Below are positions 45,058-54,634 of a DNA stretch of 64,000 bases, one piece after another; positions within the stretch are counted from its first letter, which is position 1; every line of letters starts with the position of its first letter. The notes under the pieces were generated by a model. That model ran no database searches and had not been told where the DNA came from. It was given only the letters and a program-made list of their open reading frames with translations. Source of the stretch: a virus (taxonomy: Duplodnaviria; Caudoviricetes); the IMG/VR virus record IMGVR_UViG_2687453341_000008; one strand, given 5' to 3'. A program made the position numbers and the translations under genes.

Positions 45058-46467
45058 CTAAGTACCAGCCGCTGCTTCCGCAAAGAAAGGACGAAACGCT
45101 GCTAGCACGTCCTCGGATCGATTGATCTTCTTGCCCTCAGGCCAATCGAGCTCGAACTCATAACGAATCGCCCGCTCAATATCCTCAAACGGGACATCGT
45201 GTGTCTTGATCCCGGTGCATCGCCAGGTTCCGGATCCCATCTTCGCTTCTGGCGCCTCAATCCCCATGTAGGTGCCGAGGTGCTCGCACTGCTCTTGCGT
45301 GTGAAACTTCTGATAGAACCACTCACCATTGCGGAAGATGCCCGAGTATCCCTCTTCGTCGAGGAAGTACAGTTGCTGCGCTGAGCCGTTCTTCGTCTTG
45401 TAGTTGCCCGACTTGAGAGCGGCATGAACGCTCTTGAGAGTTCGACCGCTATAGAAGATCCGCCCTCCGACCTTGCAAAGAGCCCCCAGCATGGTCGCCA
45501 CCGCGAACTCCGCTTCGGGGCAATCCACCGAGTTGAACACGGAGTCGCATACCACGAAGTCGAATCGACCCATTTTCTTGAGCGCCATGCAGAGCTGATT
45601 GATGGCACGGTTCACCCAAACCGTATCGATCGCGTTCTGACCCTGAACACGACGGAACAGCTCGAGGTCCATCATGTTGTAACCTTCTCGCCGCAGCTTG
45701 CCTGCGTAGTCACCCTTCCCGCTCCCAAAATCGAAACCACGGGCCTTGGGGTTCTCTTTGAGCCACGGTTCAACCGCATCCCGATAAAGTCCACTTTCTC
45801 TCGGCAACGTCCCTGGAACGTCGCGTATGCGGTTTAACTGAGCCAGCGTCTGGATGTAAGTCTTGCGTTCGAGGTTGTCGTAGCTGAAGCGCCCGTACTG
45901 GTCGCCAAGGAACTCTTTGTACTCCGCCTTCCGCTCCGTCGGCACGCCGTACACCAAAAGCGGCTGATTGAGCTGGATGCACGCCATCGCGTATTGAGTG
46001 CAATGGATCACCTCGCCGTCCAAAGTCGCTACACAAGCCCCCCAGGGGCCAAATTTGAGGATCAGAGCGGCGATGTTGGTGCGAATCACCTGCATACCAC
46101 AGGTCCAGTTCGCATCCATCTTCGTTACATGCTGCCACCCCAGCTTGAGCGGCTCTCGGATCCAAGCGTTGGCATCCGGGTGATCGACGTCGGTACCGTT
46201 GTGGAGTTGGTTGAACTTGATCTCGTCGGCCTGCGTGGTGTCACCAGGTAGAACGTAGACCGGCGCCGTGTTCACGCCGTTCGCTCTTAACGCTTTGGTT
46301 CTCTGGTGACCCGCAACAATCAGCCCGTCCGTTTTGCAGATGATCGGTTTGACCACCCCAAAGCGTCGGATCGACTCCCACAGCTTTTGAAGTTGCTCGT
46401 TGCTAATCTTGCGCGGGTTGTACTCCGCTCCCCTCAGACCCTCCAACGGGTAGTCCATGTGCAGCAC
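45058..46467 (-). CDS. ParB/Srx N-terminal domain fused to a SAM-dependent methyltransferase
   Basis: YNPR...GHQR (ParB-N); DFGSGKG and VCDSVFNSV (MTase motifs I and IV-like). Confidence 0.85.
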   Translation of the reverse strand: MLHMDYPLEGLRGAEYNPRKISNEQLQKLWESIRRFGVVKPIICKTDGLIVAGHQRTKALRANGVNTAPVYVLPGDTTQADEIKFNQLHNGTDVDHPDANAWIREPLKLGWQHVTKMDANWTCGMQVIRTNIAALILKFGPWGACVATLDGEVIHCTQYAMACIQLNQPLLVYGVPTERKAEYKEFLGDQYGRFSYDNLERKTYIQTLAQLNRIRDVPGTLPRESGLYRDAVEPWLKENPKARGFDFGSGKGDYAGKLRREGYNMMDLELFRRVQGQNAIDTVWVNRAINQLCMALKKMGRFDFVVCDSVFNSVDCPEAEFAVATMLGALCKVGGRIFYSGRTLKSVHAALKSGNYKTKNGSAQQLYFLDEEGYSGIFRNGEWFYQKFHTQEQCEHLGTYMGIEAPEAKMGSGTWRCTGIKTHDVPFEDIERAIRYEFELDWPEGKKINRSEDVLAAFRPFFAEAAAGT

Positions 46468-47059
46468 GGTTTTCTTTCACTCTCTTTAGAATCCAACTAA
46501 CGAAATCCAAATAGGATCCGGTGTTCTCGCAATAACGCCGCGCGATCAGCGTCAGCTTGGCGCTCTCAGCGTTTGTAAGCTGGACACGATACTTTCCTAC
46601 CGATAGCGTCTCAACTCGCGCACGCGTCGAGTTGCCCCCCTTTGGCATCGGCGCGGCTTTCGTTTCCCCCTTCACCATGCCGTTAAGCATCTCACGAACC
46701 GCCCCCGTCTGAGCGAATGCTCTCTCCAGCAACGAGTCAACTCGCTCCTGGTTCTTATCCGCCAACGCCTTCACAGGGTCGAAGGTCAGCAAGAACGAAG
46801 CCGCTTCTTCGTCGTTCAAGTCGACAATCACCACGGGAACCTTCTCGTCACCGAGAAGGGACTTACGCATGTGGCCGTCGAGGATTTGATAGCCCTCTTC
46901 GATCTTTCGAACGACGATCGCGTCGGCGAAACCGATCTCCTCAAGAAGCCCTTTCATGGCTGTCTTTTGCTCATCGGGATGCAACCGGACGTTGTCCGCG
47001 TTATCAATCAACGAACTTGCCTCGACCCATTCGAATCCAACAATTCTGTCCTTGAACAC
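46403..47059 (-). CDS. ParB/Srx-like protein
   Basis: N.R.H, GFADAI, ILDGHMR, LLTFDP. Confidence 0.85.
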   Translation of the reverse strand: MFKDRIVGFEWVEASSLIDNADNVRLHPDEQKTAMKGLLEEIGFADAIVVRKIEEGYQILDGHMRKSLLGDEKVPVVIVDLNDEEAASFLLTFDPVKALADKNQERVDSLLERAFAQTGAVREMLNGMVKGETKAAPMPKGGNSTRARVETLSVGKYRVQLTNAESAKLTLIARRYCENTGSYLDFVSWILKRVKENRAAHGLPVGGSEGSGVQPAQD

Positions 47060-47061
47060 GC

Positions 47062-47670
47062 TTACGCCTCCCCGATCAGCTTCAACAAGTAAGTACCAAA
47101 CCCAACGAACGACCCGTTTGCATCTCCGTACTCGGCGAGTATCAACGTCAACTCGGCGATTTCATCCGGAGTGCATGGAACTCGGATCGGCCCAATCGAA
47201 ACCGAAGAGAGCGTGTTGCGAACCGTGCTTCGTCTTTTCTCGATCTCCTTCTTTGCGGTCTCCGTCCCTAACTGAGACCGCTCAATGATCTGGTTAAACA
47301 CGGTGCTTTGCAGACCAAGAGCTTTCGTCCGCAAGGAGTTCATCTTCGACCTTTGCTGCTTTGCCATCGCAGCGATCGGATCGAACGTCAGCAGGAACAG
47401 GTCCGCCTCTTCGTCGTCCAAGTCAACGATCAACACCGGCACCTCTTGGTCGGCTGCGAGCTCGGCCCGGAGGTGACCATCGAGGATCTCGATTTTGTCG
47501 CCAACCCGCCTACCGATGATCGCATCAGCAAACCCAGTTGACTCGAGAATGGAGTCCATCACGATCTTTTGACGATCGGAATGGACGCTAGGGTTAAAGT
47601 CGTTTTTAAGAAGCTCGGATGATTTGACCCGAACCAACTCGACCACTCGGTTTTTGTATTTCGTTTCCAT
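47062..47670 (-). CDS. ParB/Srx-like protein (tandem paralog)
   Basis: NPSVH, GFADAI, ILDGHLR, LLTFDP. Confidence 0.85.
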   Translation of the reverse strand: METKYKNRVVELVRVKSSELLKNDFNPSVHSDRQKIVMDSILESTGFADAIIGRRVGDKIEILDGHLRAELAADQEVPVLIVDLDDEEADLFLLTFDPIAAMAKQQRSKMNSLRTKALGLQSTVFNQIIERSQLGTETAKKEIEKRRSTVRNTLSSVSIGPIRVPCTPDEIAELTLILAEYGDANGSFVGFGTYLLKLIGEA

Positions 47671-48169
47671 GAAGTGACGCAGCTACGGCGATCTGTCCTT
47701 TGTTGGGAAGATACAACCCTTTCTTGAACGCCCACGCGAATTGCGCGTTTCGACACGTCATGTAAGACGGGTCGTCTTTGAAGCGACAATCTGGGTCAAT
47801 AAAGCTAGACCGGATTTCTAGCCTCTCCGCGTTCTCAATTTCAAACGACACCCCAAACCACTTCGCCTTCACGACGCGGCCGGGACTTCGACGAAGCGCT
47901 AGGTGAAAGTTCCGAATCCAAACGTGCGGAAAAGTAACACCACAGATGTAAACGAACTCCGAGTTGCTCTCATCCAGCACGATATCGCGTAGAACGAATC
48001 TGTCGCGATTTCGATAGAACATGGGAGTGCAGATCTTCTTGCTGCGTCTCCCGAGGAGACAAGGCTGGCAATGCACCGAGAGATCAACGTCTCTCACGTA
48101 CATTGCCCAGAAAAACCGGAACGCTTGTTCCGACGGGTTAAACACCAACCGCTTGACTACGATACTCAC
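47606..48169 (-). CDS. Unknown Cys/His protein, paralog of 44110..44607
   Basis: HCQPCL.G, YICGV, NFHL, TCRNAQFA. Confidence 0.75.
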   Translation of the reverse strand: MSIVVKRLVFNPSEQAFRFFWAMYVRDVDLSVHCQPCLLGRRSKKICTPMFYRNRDRFVLRDIVLDESNSEFVYICGVTFPHVWIRNFHLALRRSPGRVVKAKWFGVSFEIENAERLEIRSSFIDPDCRFKDDPSYMTCRNAQFAWAFKKGLYLPNKGQIAVAASLHGNEIQKPSGRVGSGQIIRAS

Positions 48170-50537
48170 TGGCGGAAGCCTCGACGTACTGAAAAAGTTT
48201 CTTGAAATCCATCACGCGACCCATCTCCTCCTGTTCCTGCTTGTCCAGTCGGGCCAAGTTTGCCTTGAGCCGCCGGATCTTGAGAGCTGCACCCGCCGCC
48301 CCACTCTGGGCCTCAGCTAGCACGTGCTCGAAATGGTTCTTCCACTGACGCATCCGACTGGGACTCACAGCCACGGTCGGTTTCGCCCCGGCATGAACGA
48401 CATCACTCTTGGCATGTCGAGCGGCAGCCATCGGGACTTCTGAGCATTTTGCTGCCATCGGCAATATGGTCGGTGAGCACGACGCCACGTTGGGCTTGGC
48501 TTCGACACGATCGACCTTCGCCATCGCCACGCGAGCCGGCATCGGCATCGGCAAGGCCGGCTGCACATGAGTCATCGGAACTCTCGGAACCCTGGATATC
48601 ACCTCATCCGCCAACTTCTTAGCAAGAGCCATCGCCACCGACTCGTCTCCTGCGGTCAGAGCATCGAACGAGCTTTGGCTGAAATTGCCTTCGATCGCCT
48701 TGGCGGCCTTGGTCTTTTGGGACATCAATCGCACGCACTGCTCTTGCATGGTCCCTTCGTAGAACATGTAGTGCACTTCGCAGTCGAGCCACTGACCGAT
48801 ACGCCAGGATCGCGCCGCCGCTTGCCGCAACGTGTCGAGGTTGTAACCGGTTTGGTAGAACACCAAGACACTGAAATTGTGATTCCCCCCGCGGTCGAAC
48901 AAATCCAGGCCGGTCTTCACCAAGGTTGGATTGGATATGATCACATTCGCTTTGCCGTTGTTGAAGATCCACTCTTCACGGTCGCAAGAACTCACTTTCT
49001 GAGATCGAAGGATGCGAACGTCGAGCCCTTCCCTGTCGAGCAGCTCCTTCAAGCGGACCTGCACGTCTCGCTTCTGAGTCATCTCGCAGTAAATCCACAC
49101 CTGCCGCCCCCGCGATACCGCGTCTTTAACGACCTCCACGAGCTTCGCTTCCTTGGTCCGTATCGTCTCCGCATCGAGATCAGGCGGCGTAGCCACCTCG
49201 ACCCATTCCCCTTCTGCAGTTCGATAGCCGATCGAGTTGTAACCATACGGATGGTCAGGCCAACCATTGAGCGTGTTGAGAAGCACCGACATGGCCGCTT
49301 TGCTGCCCATCGCGATCAACTGCCTCATGCTGGCTCGAATACTGGACTCTACCTGCTCATAATGCTCCGCTTGTTCCGCGTCCATCTGAACCGGGTGCAT
49401 CACCTCGGCGAGACCGGGCAACTTGTACCCGAGATCTTCAAGCGACCCGAACACGGCACAATCGAGCAAGCAGTCTCCGTAGATGCTTGGCACAATCCCG
49501 GGTCGGATTTTGATCGACGTCGTTTTGCCTCCCCCTCGGCTTTGCCGATTAGCAAACGACTCACTGTCTTTGTAGCTCACGATCGTCTCGATACGTCCGT
49601 ACCGCTTCGTGAACTCCATCCCATCGTTCCACTTGAACCCCAGTGCTTTCATCTTCCCGGGAAACAGACGGTACGACATGGGGAATATCGAATCGGCGTA
49701 ACCGTTGAGCAAAGTCCCTGTCAACGCAACCTTGAACGGTACCTTCGCCGCGAGCTTCCCGACAGAAAGACCGATTGCAGATCGTTCCCCTTTTGACTCG
49801 TGTACCTCGTCAATCACAAGGTATTTGAACACCTTGCGAGCCTGCCGATGGATGATGTTGGCCACAGGCCATCGATCCATATCGTGCGTCCACTGGTACA
49901 ACGCTTCGCTGCAATGACGGCACTTTTGCTGTTTCTTCGCGAGGTCCGCTTCCTGGGCGAACACCCAAACGTCGGACCCTTCCTGCACCACCTTCTTCTC
50001 GATCGGCTGGTTGCACCTCGGGCACTTGAGAATCCCAATATCAAATCGCTGCGACTTTATGAACGAAGGCTTCCAACTCGTCGACATCTTCGCTTTGTTG
50101 CCGGACATGATGAACCACTCAGTCCCGGTGGGCTTGGTCCCAACCAAACGGAGAACATCGGAGTAATGATCGATGATCTTGCATTTGGAGTCCGGAATCG
50201 TCATCTCGATTTCACGCACCCACTTCTTCTGCAAGTGCGGTGGGCAAACAACGATCGTTCGGTACGCAGCCCCTTCGGCATGAACATGGATCATTGCAAT
50301 CGCGCAGAGGGTTTTACCAAAACCCATCGACATCGAGCACGGCACGCTCTTGCGACCGGCCTGCCAGGCTTTGACTCCTGCCACGATTCGATGCCACTGG
50401 GCGTCCATAGGCTCGCGAAGCAAGTGCACGTCGGGACGAACGAACGTCTCCATCAACGGGCGAGAACTTTCCTCGACCTTTTGGATCAACAAGTCACCGT
50501 AGGTTTGAAGATAATCCGCCAGTGTTTCAGCCTGCAT
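48138..50537 (-). CDS. SNF2-like SF2 helicase with Zn ribbon and C-terminal tail
   Basis: MGFGKT, DEVH, LTGT, TGLDL, QA..RSWRIGQ. Confidence 0.9.
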   Translation of the reverse strand: MQAETLADYLQTYGDLLIQKVEESSRPLMETFVRPDVHLLREPMDAQWHRIVAGVKAWQAGRKSVPCSMSMGFGKTLCAIAMIHVHAEGAAYRTIVVCPPHLQKKWVREIEMTIPDSKCKIIDHYSDVLRLVGTKPTGTEWFIMSGNKAKMSTSWKPSFIKSQRFDIGILKCPRCNQPIEKKVVQEGSDVWVFAQEADLAKKQQKCRHCSEALYQWTHDMDRWPVANIIHRQARKVFKYLVIDEVHESKGERSAIGLSVGKLAAKVPFKVALTGTLLNGYADSIFPMSYRLFPGKMKALGFKWNDGMEFTKRYGRIETIVSYKDSESFANRQSRGGGKTTSIKIRPGIVPSIYGDCLLDCAVFGSLEDLGYKLPGLAEVMHPVQMDAEQAEHYEQVESSIRASMRQLIAMGSKAAMSVLLNTLNGWPDHPYGYNSIGYRTAEGEWVEVATPPDLDAETIRTKEAKLVEVVKDAVSRGRQVWIYCEMTQKRDVQVRLKELLDREGLDVRILRSQKVSSCDREEWIFNNGKANVIISNPTLVKTGLDLFDRGGNHNFSVLVFYQTGYNLDTLRQAAARSWRIGQWLDCEVHYMFYEGTMQEQCVRLMSQKTKAAKAIEGNFSQSSFDALTAGDESVAMALAKKLADEVISRVPRVPMTHVQPALPMPMPARVAMAKVDRVEAKPNVASCSPTILPMAAKCSEVPMAAARHAKSDVVHAGAKPTVAVSPSRMRQWKNHFEHVLAEAQSGAAGAALKIRRLKANLARLDKQEQEEMGRVMDFKKLFQYVEASASEYRSQAVGV

Positions 50538-51075
50538 GAAGATGCCTCTTGCTTGGAATCGTGATGGTTTTGTTTTGGAGCAACTTCGTGACCACTTCAT
50601 CAAGCTGCTCGGATGTCACTGTGCAATAGTGAGCCGAAATCCCGAACGATTTAACGGGAGCAATTAAGCCAAAGTCCTTGAGGCTTTCGATCACATTCGG
50701 GATCCATTCGTCCAAGATCGGCGTCGAGATTTCCGGCGACTTCAAATAAGCTGCCAACGCCGGCTCTAGCTCACCAAACAACAAGCCCTTGACCTTTGCA
50801 ACGGCAACAACGTGTACCGCTCGGTACCGCGGTAATTTCATCCGACGAATCTCGTAACCCTCTGGGTAAACGGTAAACGACTCGTCCTCCATCTCAATCC
50901 AACCTCCACGCTTGCCCAAGTGAAGAACGGCGATCACCGACTTGGCAACCGACTCGGTCGCTACAAACGAGATCATCCCAATGTAGGAACGATCGAAGAT
51001 GTTGGTTCCCGCCGTTGTGAACCGATCGACATCCACGGTCAATTCAAGATCACTTGATTTAACAGTCGCCTTCAT
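50527..51075 (-). CDS. Hypothetical protein between MTase and helicase
   Basis: Overlaps both neighbours; TPILDEW motif. Confidence 0.65.
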   Translation of the reverse strand: MKATVKSSDLELTVDVDRFTTAGTNIFDRSYIGMISFVATESVAKSVIAVLHLGKRGGWIEMEDESFTVYPEGYEIRRMKLPRYRAVHVVAVAKVKGLLFGELEPALAAYLKSPEISTPILDEWIPNVIESLKDFGLIAPVKSFGISAHYCTVTSEQLDEVVTKLLQNKTITIPSKRHLHAG

Positions 51076-52105
51076 CGCTCACCTCTTCCTCTTCGTTCTC
51101 GGGTGGTTGTTCTGCTTCGTTCTCAATCTTGTCCTCCAGCGTCGTGATTCCGGTTTCGTCCGCAATCTTGATCGTGAGCTTGATCTGTTCGGTCTTGTGC
51201 ACCTTGACCTTTTTCTCTTCCTTCACGGTCTGCTCGGTGACGATCTTACGCGTCGAACCTCGAACCACGTGCGGCTTCTCGCCTGGTGGCTCGACGACTC
51301 CATCCAGCATTCCGGAAGCCAGCAGCAACGCGATATGCCCCTTGGACAGCCTCATCGGAGGCACAAGCTCTCTCGCAGCTTCTGCATGGTTTAGCTTGAG
51401 TATTTCATCTGCCTTGGAACCGCGTATCGCCTGTTCGATCTCCTGAGCCGTATAGAATCGTTTTTCAACTCGAACGCATCCACCATCCATCGCGGAGTAC
51501 GGCGGTATCAAATCGACCGATTTGCAGCAGTACGTGTCATCGAACAGGTTGTAATCGGCACGCGCCTCGAACTTCCGGCGAACGCCGAAAATCAAGTGCT
51601 CTTGGAACTTTGTTTCGAAGGGAAACGGAGCGCATCGCAAACGGTCAAAGTATCGAGTCAACACTTCGAAAGTCCGCCAACTTGTCGCCGTTCTTTCCGG
51701 CAACACGGCAACCAGAATCGACCCAGGGGATGCCTGGTTCGCGATCTTCTGTAGGAACCGCCATTCAACACGACCACCCCCACCGAGTTCGTCATCGAAA
51801 GGCGGGTTCACGTAGAAGATCGACGCATTGCCATAGCTCGGCGATTCGAGCCAATCGACTGGACCGAAGCAATTTCGGATCCGAGTCTTGGCAACAGCAT
51901 GACGACCTTCGTCCATCTCCGCCGCGTACACGTTCGCTTTATCGATCCCCATCTCCTCTGCAATCGCCACAACTGCATCACCGGCACCACAGCACGGATC
52001 GAAGATCGTGGCTTTTGAACTGCATTCTATTTTGGCCGCGATATGCGGGACCGCTTGTAGATCGAGCGGGTAATACCCACTCTTGGCTTGTGCTTCTAAA
52101 CGCAT
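51059..52105 (-). CDS. DUF6094-type amino-DNA methyltransferase
   Basis: MRL..Q.K.GYYP, DPCCGAG, NPPF, LLASG.LDG. Confidence 0.85.
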   Translation of the reverse strand: MRLEAQAKSGYYPLDLQAVPHIAAKIECSSKATIFDPCCGAGDAVVAIAEEMGIDKANVYAAEMDEGRHAVAKTRIRNCFGPVDWLESPSYGNASIFYVNPPFDDELGGGGRVEWRFLQKIANQASPGSILVAVLPERTATSWRTFEVLTRYFDRLRCAPFPFETKFQEHLIFGVRRKFEARADYNLFDDTYCCKSVDLIPPYSAMDGGCVRVEKRFYTAQEIEQAIRGSKADEILKLNHAEAARELVPPMRLSKGHIALLLASGMLDGVVEPPGEKPHVVRGSTRKIVTEQTVKEEKKVKVHKTEQIKLTIKIADETGITTLEDKIENEAEQPPENEEEEVSDEGDC

Positions 52106-52187
52106 TGAAATCTCCTGTTGAAGGGCACACGGAAACGGGCCTGACGCGTCGAGAATTTGGTTTGGTCGCTCGTGCGCCCGCGCAGCG

Positions 52188-52442
52188 CTAACGGCTCAAA
52201 GAAAGGTCAGGCATGCGAAACGGAACATTGCCGTGCAACCGCCAGCCCTTGTTCCGAGACACGATTTCAATGAATTGAGAAATGATTTCTGGGCTCACCC
52301 ATTCCTTGCGACTCAGATGAAAGACCCACTCCAGAAGGGACTGAGGTGTTTCAATATCGCGGAGTTCTACTTCGTAGATTTCTCGGCTGCCAATCACGAC
52401 AGTCTTTCCAATCAACTCGACTTTTAGCTTCTCCATCAGCAA
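52188..52442 (-). CDS. Hypothetical small protein
   Basis: YEV.L..I.T...LLEW..HL..K.W; AAAGGA RBS after a promoter motif. Confidence 0.6.
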   Translation of the reverse strand: MLMEKLKVELIGKTVVIGSREIYEVELRDIETPQSLLEWVFHLSRKEWVSPEIISQFIEIVSRNKGWRLHGNVPFRMPDLSLSR

Positions 52443-52458
52443 ATCCTTTCAACTAGAA

Positions 52459-52486
52459 AGGCCGGATCCGACCTTGTGTTGAATCG
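52459..52486 (-). promoter_or_regulatory. ECF-like promoter heading the MTase/helicase/ParB/terminase operon
   Basis: CGATTC-AAC..-CCGGCCTTTC, N15, intergenic. Confidence 0.7.
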
Positions 52487-52509
52487 TCAATCGCCGAAAG
52501 AAAACGGCA

Positions 52510-52848
52510 TTAGTCGCTTTTCTTCTTAATGCCATGCAATGAGCCGTGAGCCGCTTCATGGTCAATCACACATGTCGCGCCGGGAGGTATGTTCTTCAGC
52601 TTGCAGGCCGCTTCATCTCGGATCCAATCGCGCAACTCGTCTACCTCAACCTTGCGAGCAACACGCTCACTCTCCAAAGCCTTACTAAAATCCTCCGTGA
52701 GCTTCGCAATCGTCGCCTGATGCTGTGCCACCAAATCGGGAATCGTCTTGGTCGTGTTATGCCACAGATACCAAACCAAGACGCCGGGAACTCCGACACT
52801 TTGGAGTATCTGACCGATATCCCCGAGAGCTGCTTGAGCAAACCACAT
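52510..52848 (-). CDS. Holin-like single-TM protein with coiled coil
   Basis: IGQILQSVGVPGVLVWYL followed by a charged helix. Confidence 0.5.
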   Translation of the reverse strand: MWFAQAALGDIGQILQSVGVPGVLVWYLWHNTTKTIPDLVAQHQATIAKLTEDFSKALESERVARKVEVDELRDWIRDEAACKLKNIPPGATCVIDHEAAHGSLHGIKKKSD

Positions 52849-52867
52849 GTAACAATCCTTCCTTTGA

Positions 52868-53653
52868 TCACAAACCTTCCGCCGCGGCCAGCATCATGCT
52901 CAAGTACGTCTCGACGTCAGCAGGACTCGCCTTCTTAATCGCGTCCGAAACTGGACGCCTCCAATTCAACCACCAATCGCGGTTGGGACTGGTACGCCCC
53001 AACATCGCGACATCGATCGCTTGAACCATCATGTTCTTGGCTCCATCGAGAGTGGGGCACTGGCCGGATCGGCACATTGCACGCACTGAATCCGCGACTT
53101 GCTGGATTGTGCCTTTTAGCACCACCGCGGTCGCCGCATCTCCCAAGGCTTGCGACTTTTGCCGGCTAAGCTCGCGAAGCTGTTGGAGGATTGGACCGCT
53201 TGGAGGAGCCGGTTCCGGCTGCGGATCGACAGGAAGCGGATCGCTTGGAGGAGGCAATTGACTCTCCCCCGCCGCGACGATGGTTTCGAACCAAAGAGGA
53301 CGATCCGACCCCCTGGACGACACATAGAACCGCTCGCCCGGAATCCCCCGAATCAGGAAGCGACCGTCCTTGAAAGGCATCTGCACCGTCGGAGGGAAAG
53401 GCTTTGCGGCCGGATGGATTTCAATCCACTTCACTTCCGCAGGAAGCGTAACGATCACTCCATACTCGCGAGCCTCAGAAAGCTCTTCGGCGATGATCGC
53501 GACCTTGCCGTTGACTTCCGCCAGTTCCGCCTTGGCCGCTTTTAGAAACACGACCTGAGTCTGCGTGACTTCCGTTGGAGCGACTACATCCCAGAGGTCC
53601 TGAGCCACCACGCCGTTAGCAAACAGTAGCAATGCGAGGAAAGCGCGTATCAT
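52868..53653 (-). CDS. Secreted protein with Pro-rich linker
   Basis: Signal peptide MIRAFLALLLFANGVVA; PPPSDPLPVDPQPEPAPP. Confidence 0.7.
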   Translation of the reverse strand: MIRAFLALLLFANGVVAQDLWDVVAPTEVTQTQVVFLKAAKAELAEVNGKVAIIAEELSEAREYGVIVTLPAEVKWIEIHPAAKPFPPTVQMPFKDGRFLIRGIPGERFYVSSRGSDRPLWFETIVAAGESQLPPPSDPLPVDPQPEPAPPSGPILQQLRELSRQKSQALGDAATAVVLKGTIQQVADSVRAMCRSGQCPTLDGAKNMMVQAIDVAMLGRTSPNRDWWLNWRRPVSDAIKKASPADVETYLSMMLAAAEGL

Positions 53654-54588
53654 GCGAACTCCGTAATTCTGGCTTTGATCCAATTGAGAATGTTTTGACT
53701 GGTTACACTGATCCCCTCACCGAAGCGAGGATCTCTTCCAACGGGACCGGCGTCCTTGAGGAAGTTTTCGCTCTTGAAGAATTGCACAAGCCCGCGTGAC
53801 GTCAGGTACACCGACATCCCGAGCATCTTCATGGTTTGACGTAGCAGGATGGCATCGCTGCAGAACGTAGGACAAGCCATGCTCGTCCCCGACATCATCA
53901 CCAAGTTTCCTTTCAAGCCGCACGAAAGGATGTACGAGCCGCCTGCCGCGACATCCACGCGAGGACCGCCCGACGAGAACGAGCTAGGAGCTCCAGCCTC
54001 GGTCACAGAAGCGACCGCAACGCAATTGGGAGAGCTAGCTGGTGAACCGACCGTGTTCCAACCGCGATAACCTTCATTGCCAGCCGCGAAGAAGATCCAC
54101 TTCCCGCACTCCTCAGCCAATACCAACGCACGCTGCGTTCGCGAGTCGACTTGCGTGGTGTTAGCGCCCCAACTGCAACTTACGACATCGCCTTCTTCCT
54201 TGGCCGCCCATTCAAGACCGGCCGCCGTGTTTGATCCGCCACCAGAATCACCGAGCACCTTCCCAACCTTTATGTCAGCTTCGGGTGCCGCGCTGAGTCC
54301 GTTGCGTCCAACGTTCGATCCGATCGTGTGATTGCCGTGACCGTGTCGATCCGTGACGTCCGACCGATCGGAACCTGTGAAGTTCCGAACCGCCTTGGGT
54401 ACCGGCAAACTTGGATGAGGACGATAGCCGGTATCGAGATTGATACAGATGCAGCCTTTACCTGTAATACCCGCTCTCCAAACGGGCTCCATTACTTCCG
54501 CCTTCCGCGTCCACGGAACCGAGCTCAGTGGCATTGGCTCGTTCGCATGCACAATGGTCGGCGGAATTCGATATACCGGTGCGTTCAT
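53650..54588 (-). CDS. Subtilisin-like S8 serine peptidase
   Basis: Catalytic triad motifs LDTG, HGNH, GTSMA; AAGN oxyanion residue. Confidence 0.93.
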   Translation of the reverse strand: MNAPVYRIPPTIVHANEPMPLSSVPWTRKAEVMEPVWRAGITGKGCICINLDTGYRPHPSLPVPKAVRNFTGSDRSDVTDRHGHGNHTIGSNVGRNGLSAAPEADIKVGKVLGDSGGGSNTAAGLEWAAKEEGDVVSCSWGANTTQVDSRTQRALVLAEECGKWIFFAAGNEGYRGWNTVGSPASSPNCVAVASVTEAGAPSSFSSGGPRVDVAAGGSYILSCGLKGNLVMMSGTSMACPTFCSDAILLRQTMKMLGMSVYLTSRGLVQFFKSENFLKDAGPVGRDPRFGEGISVTSQNILNWIKARITEFA

Positions 54589-54634
54589 CTCACGCTCTCC
54601 CCTGATTCCTACAACGAAGACCTGAAACCCAAAA

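Noticed and set aside
48567-49796. Long plus-strand ORFs antisense to phage genes (also 39371-40135, 42505-43353, 49800-50564)
   Set aside because: Shadow frames of well-supported minus-strand genes with no recognisable motifs.
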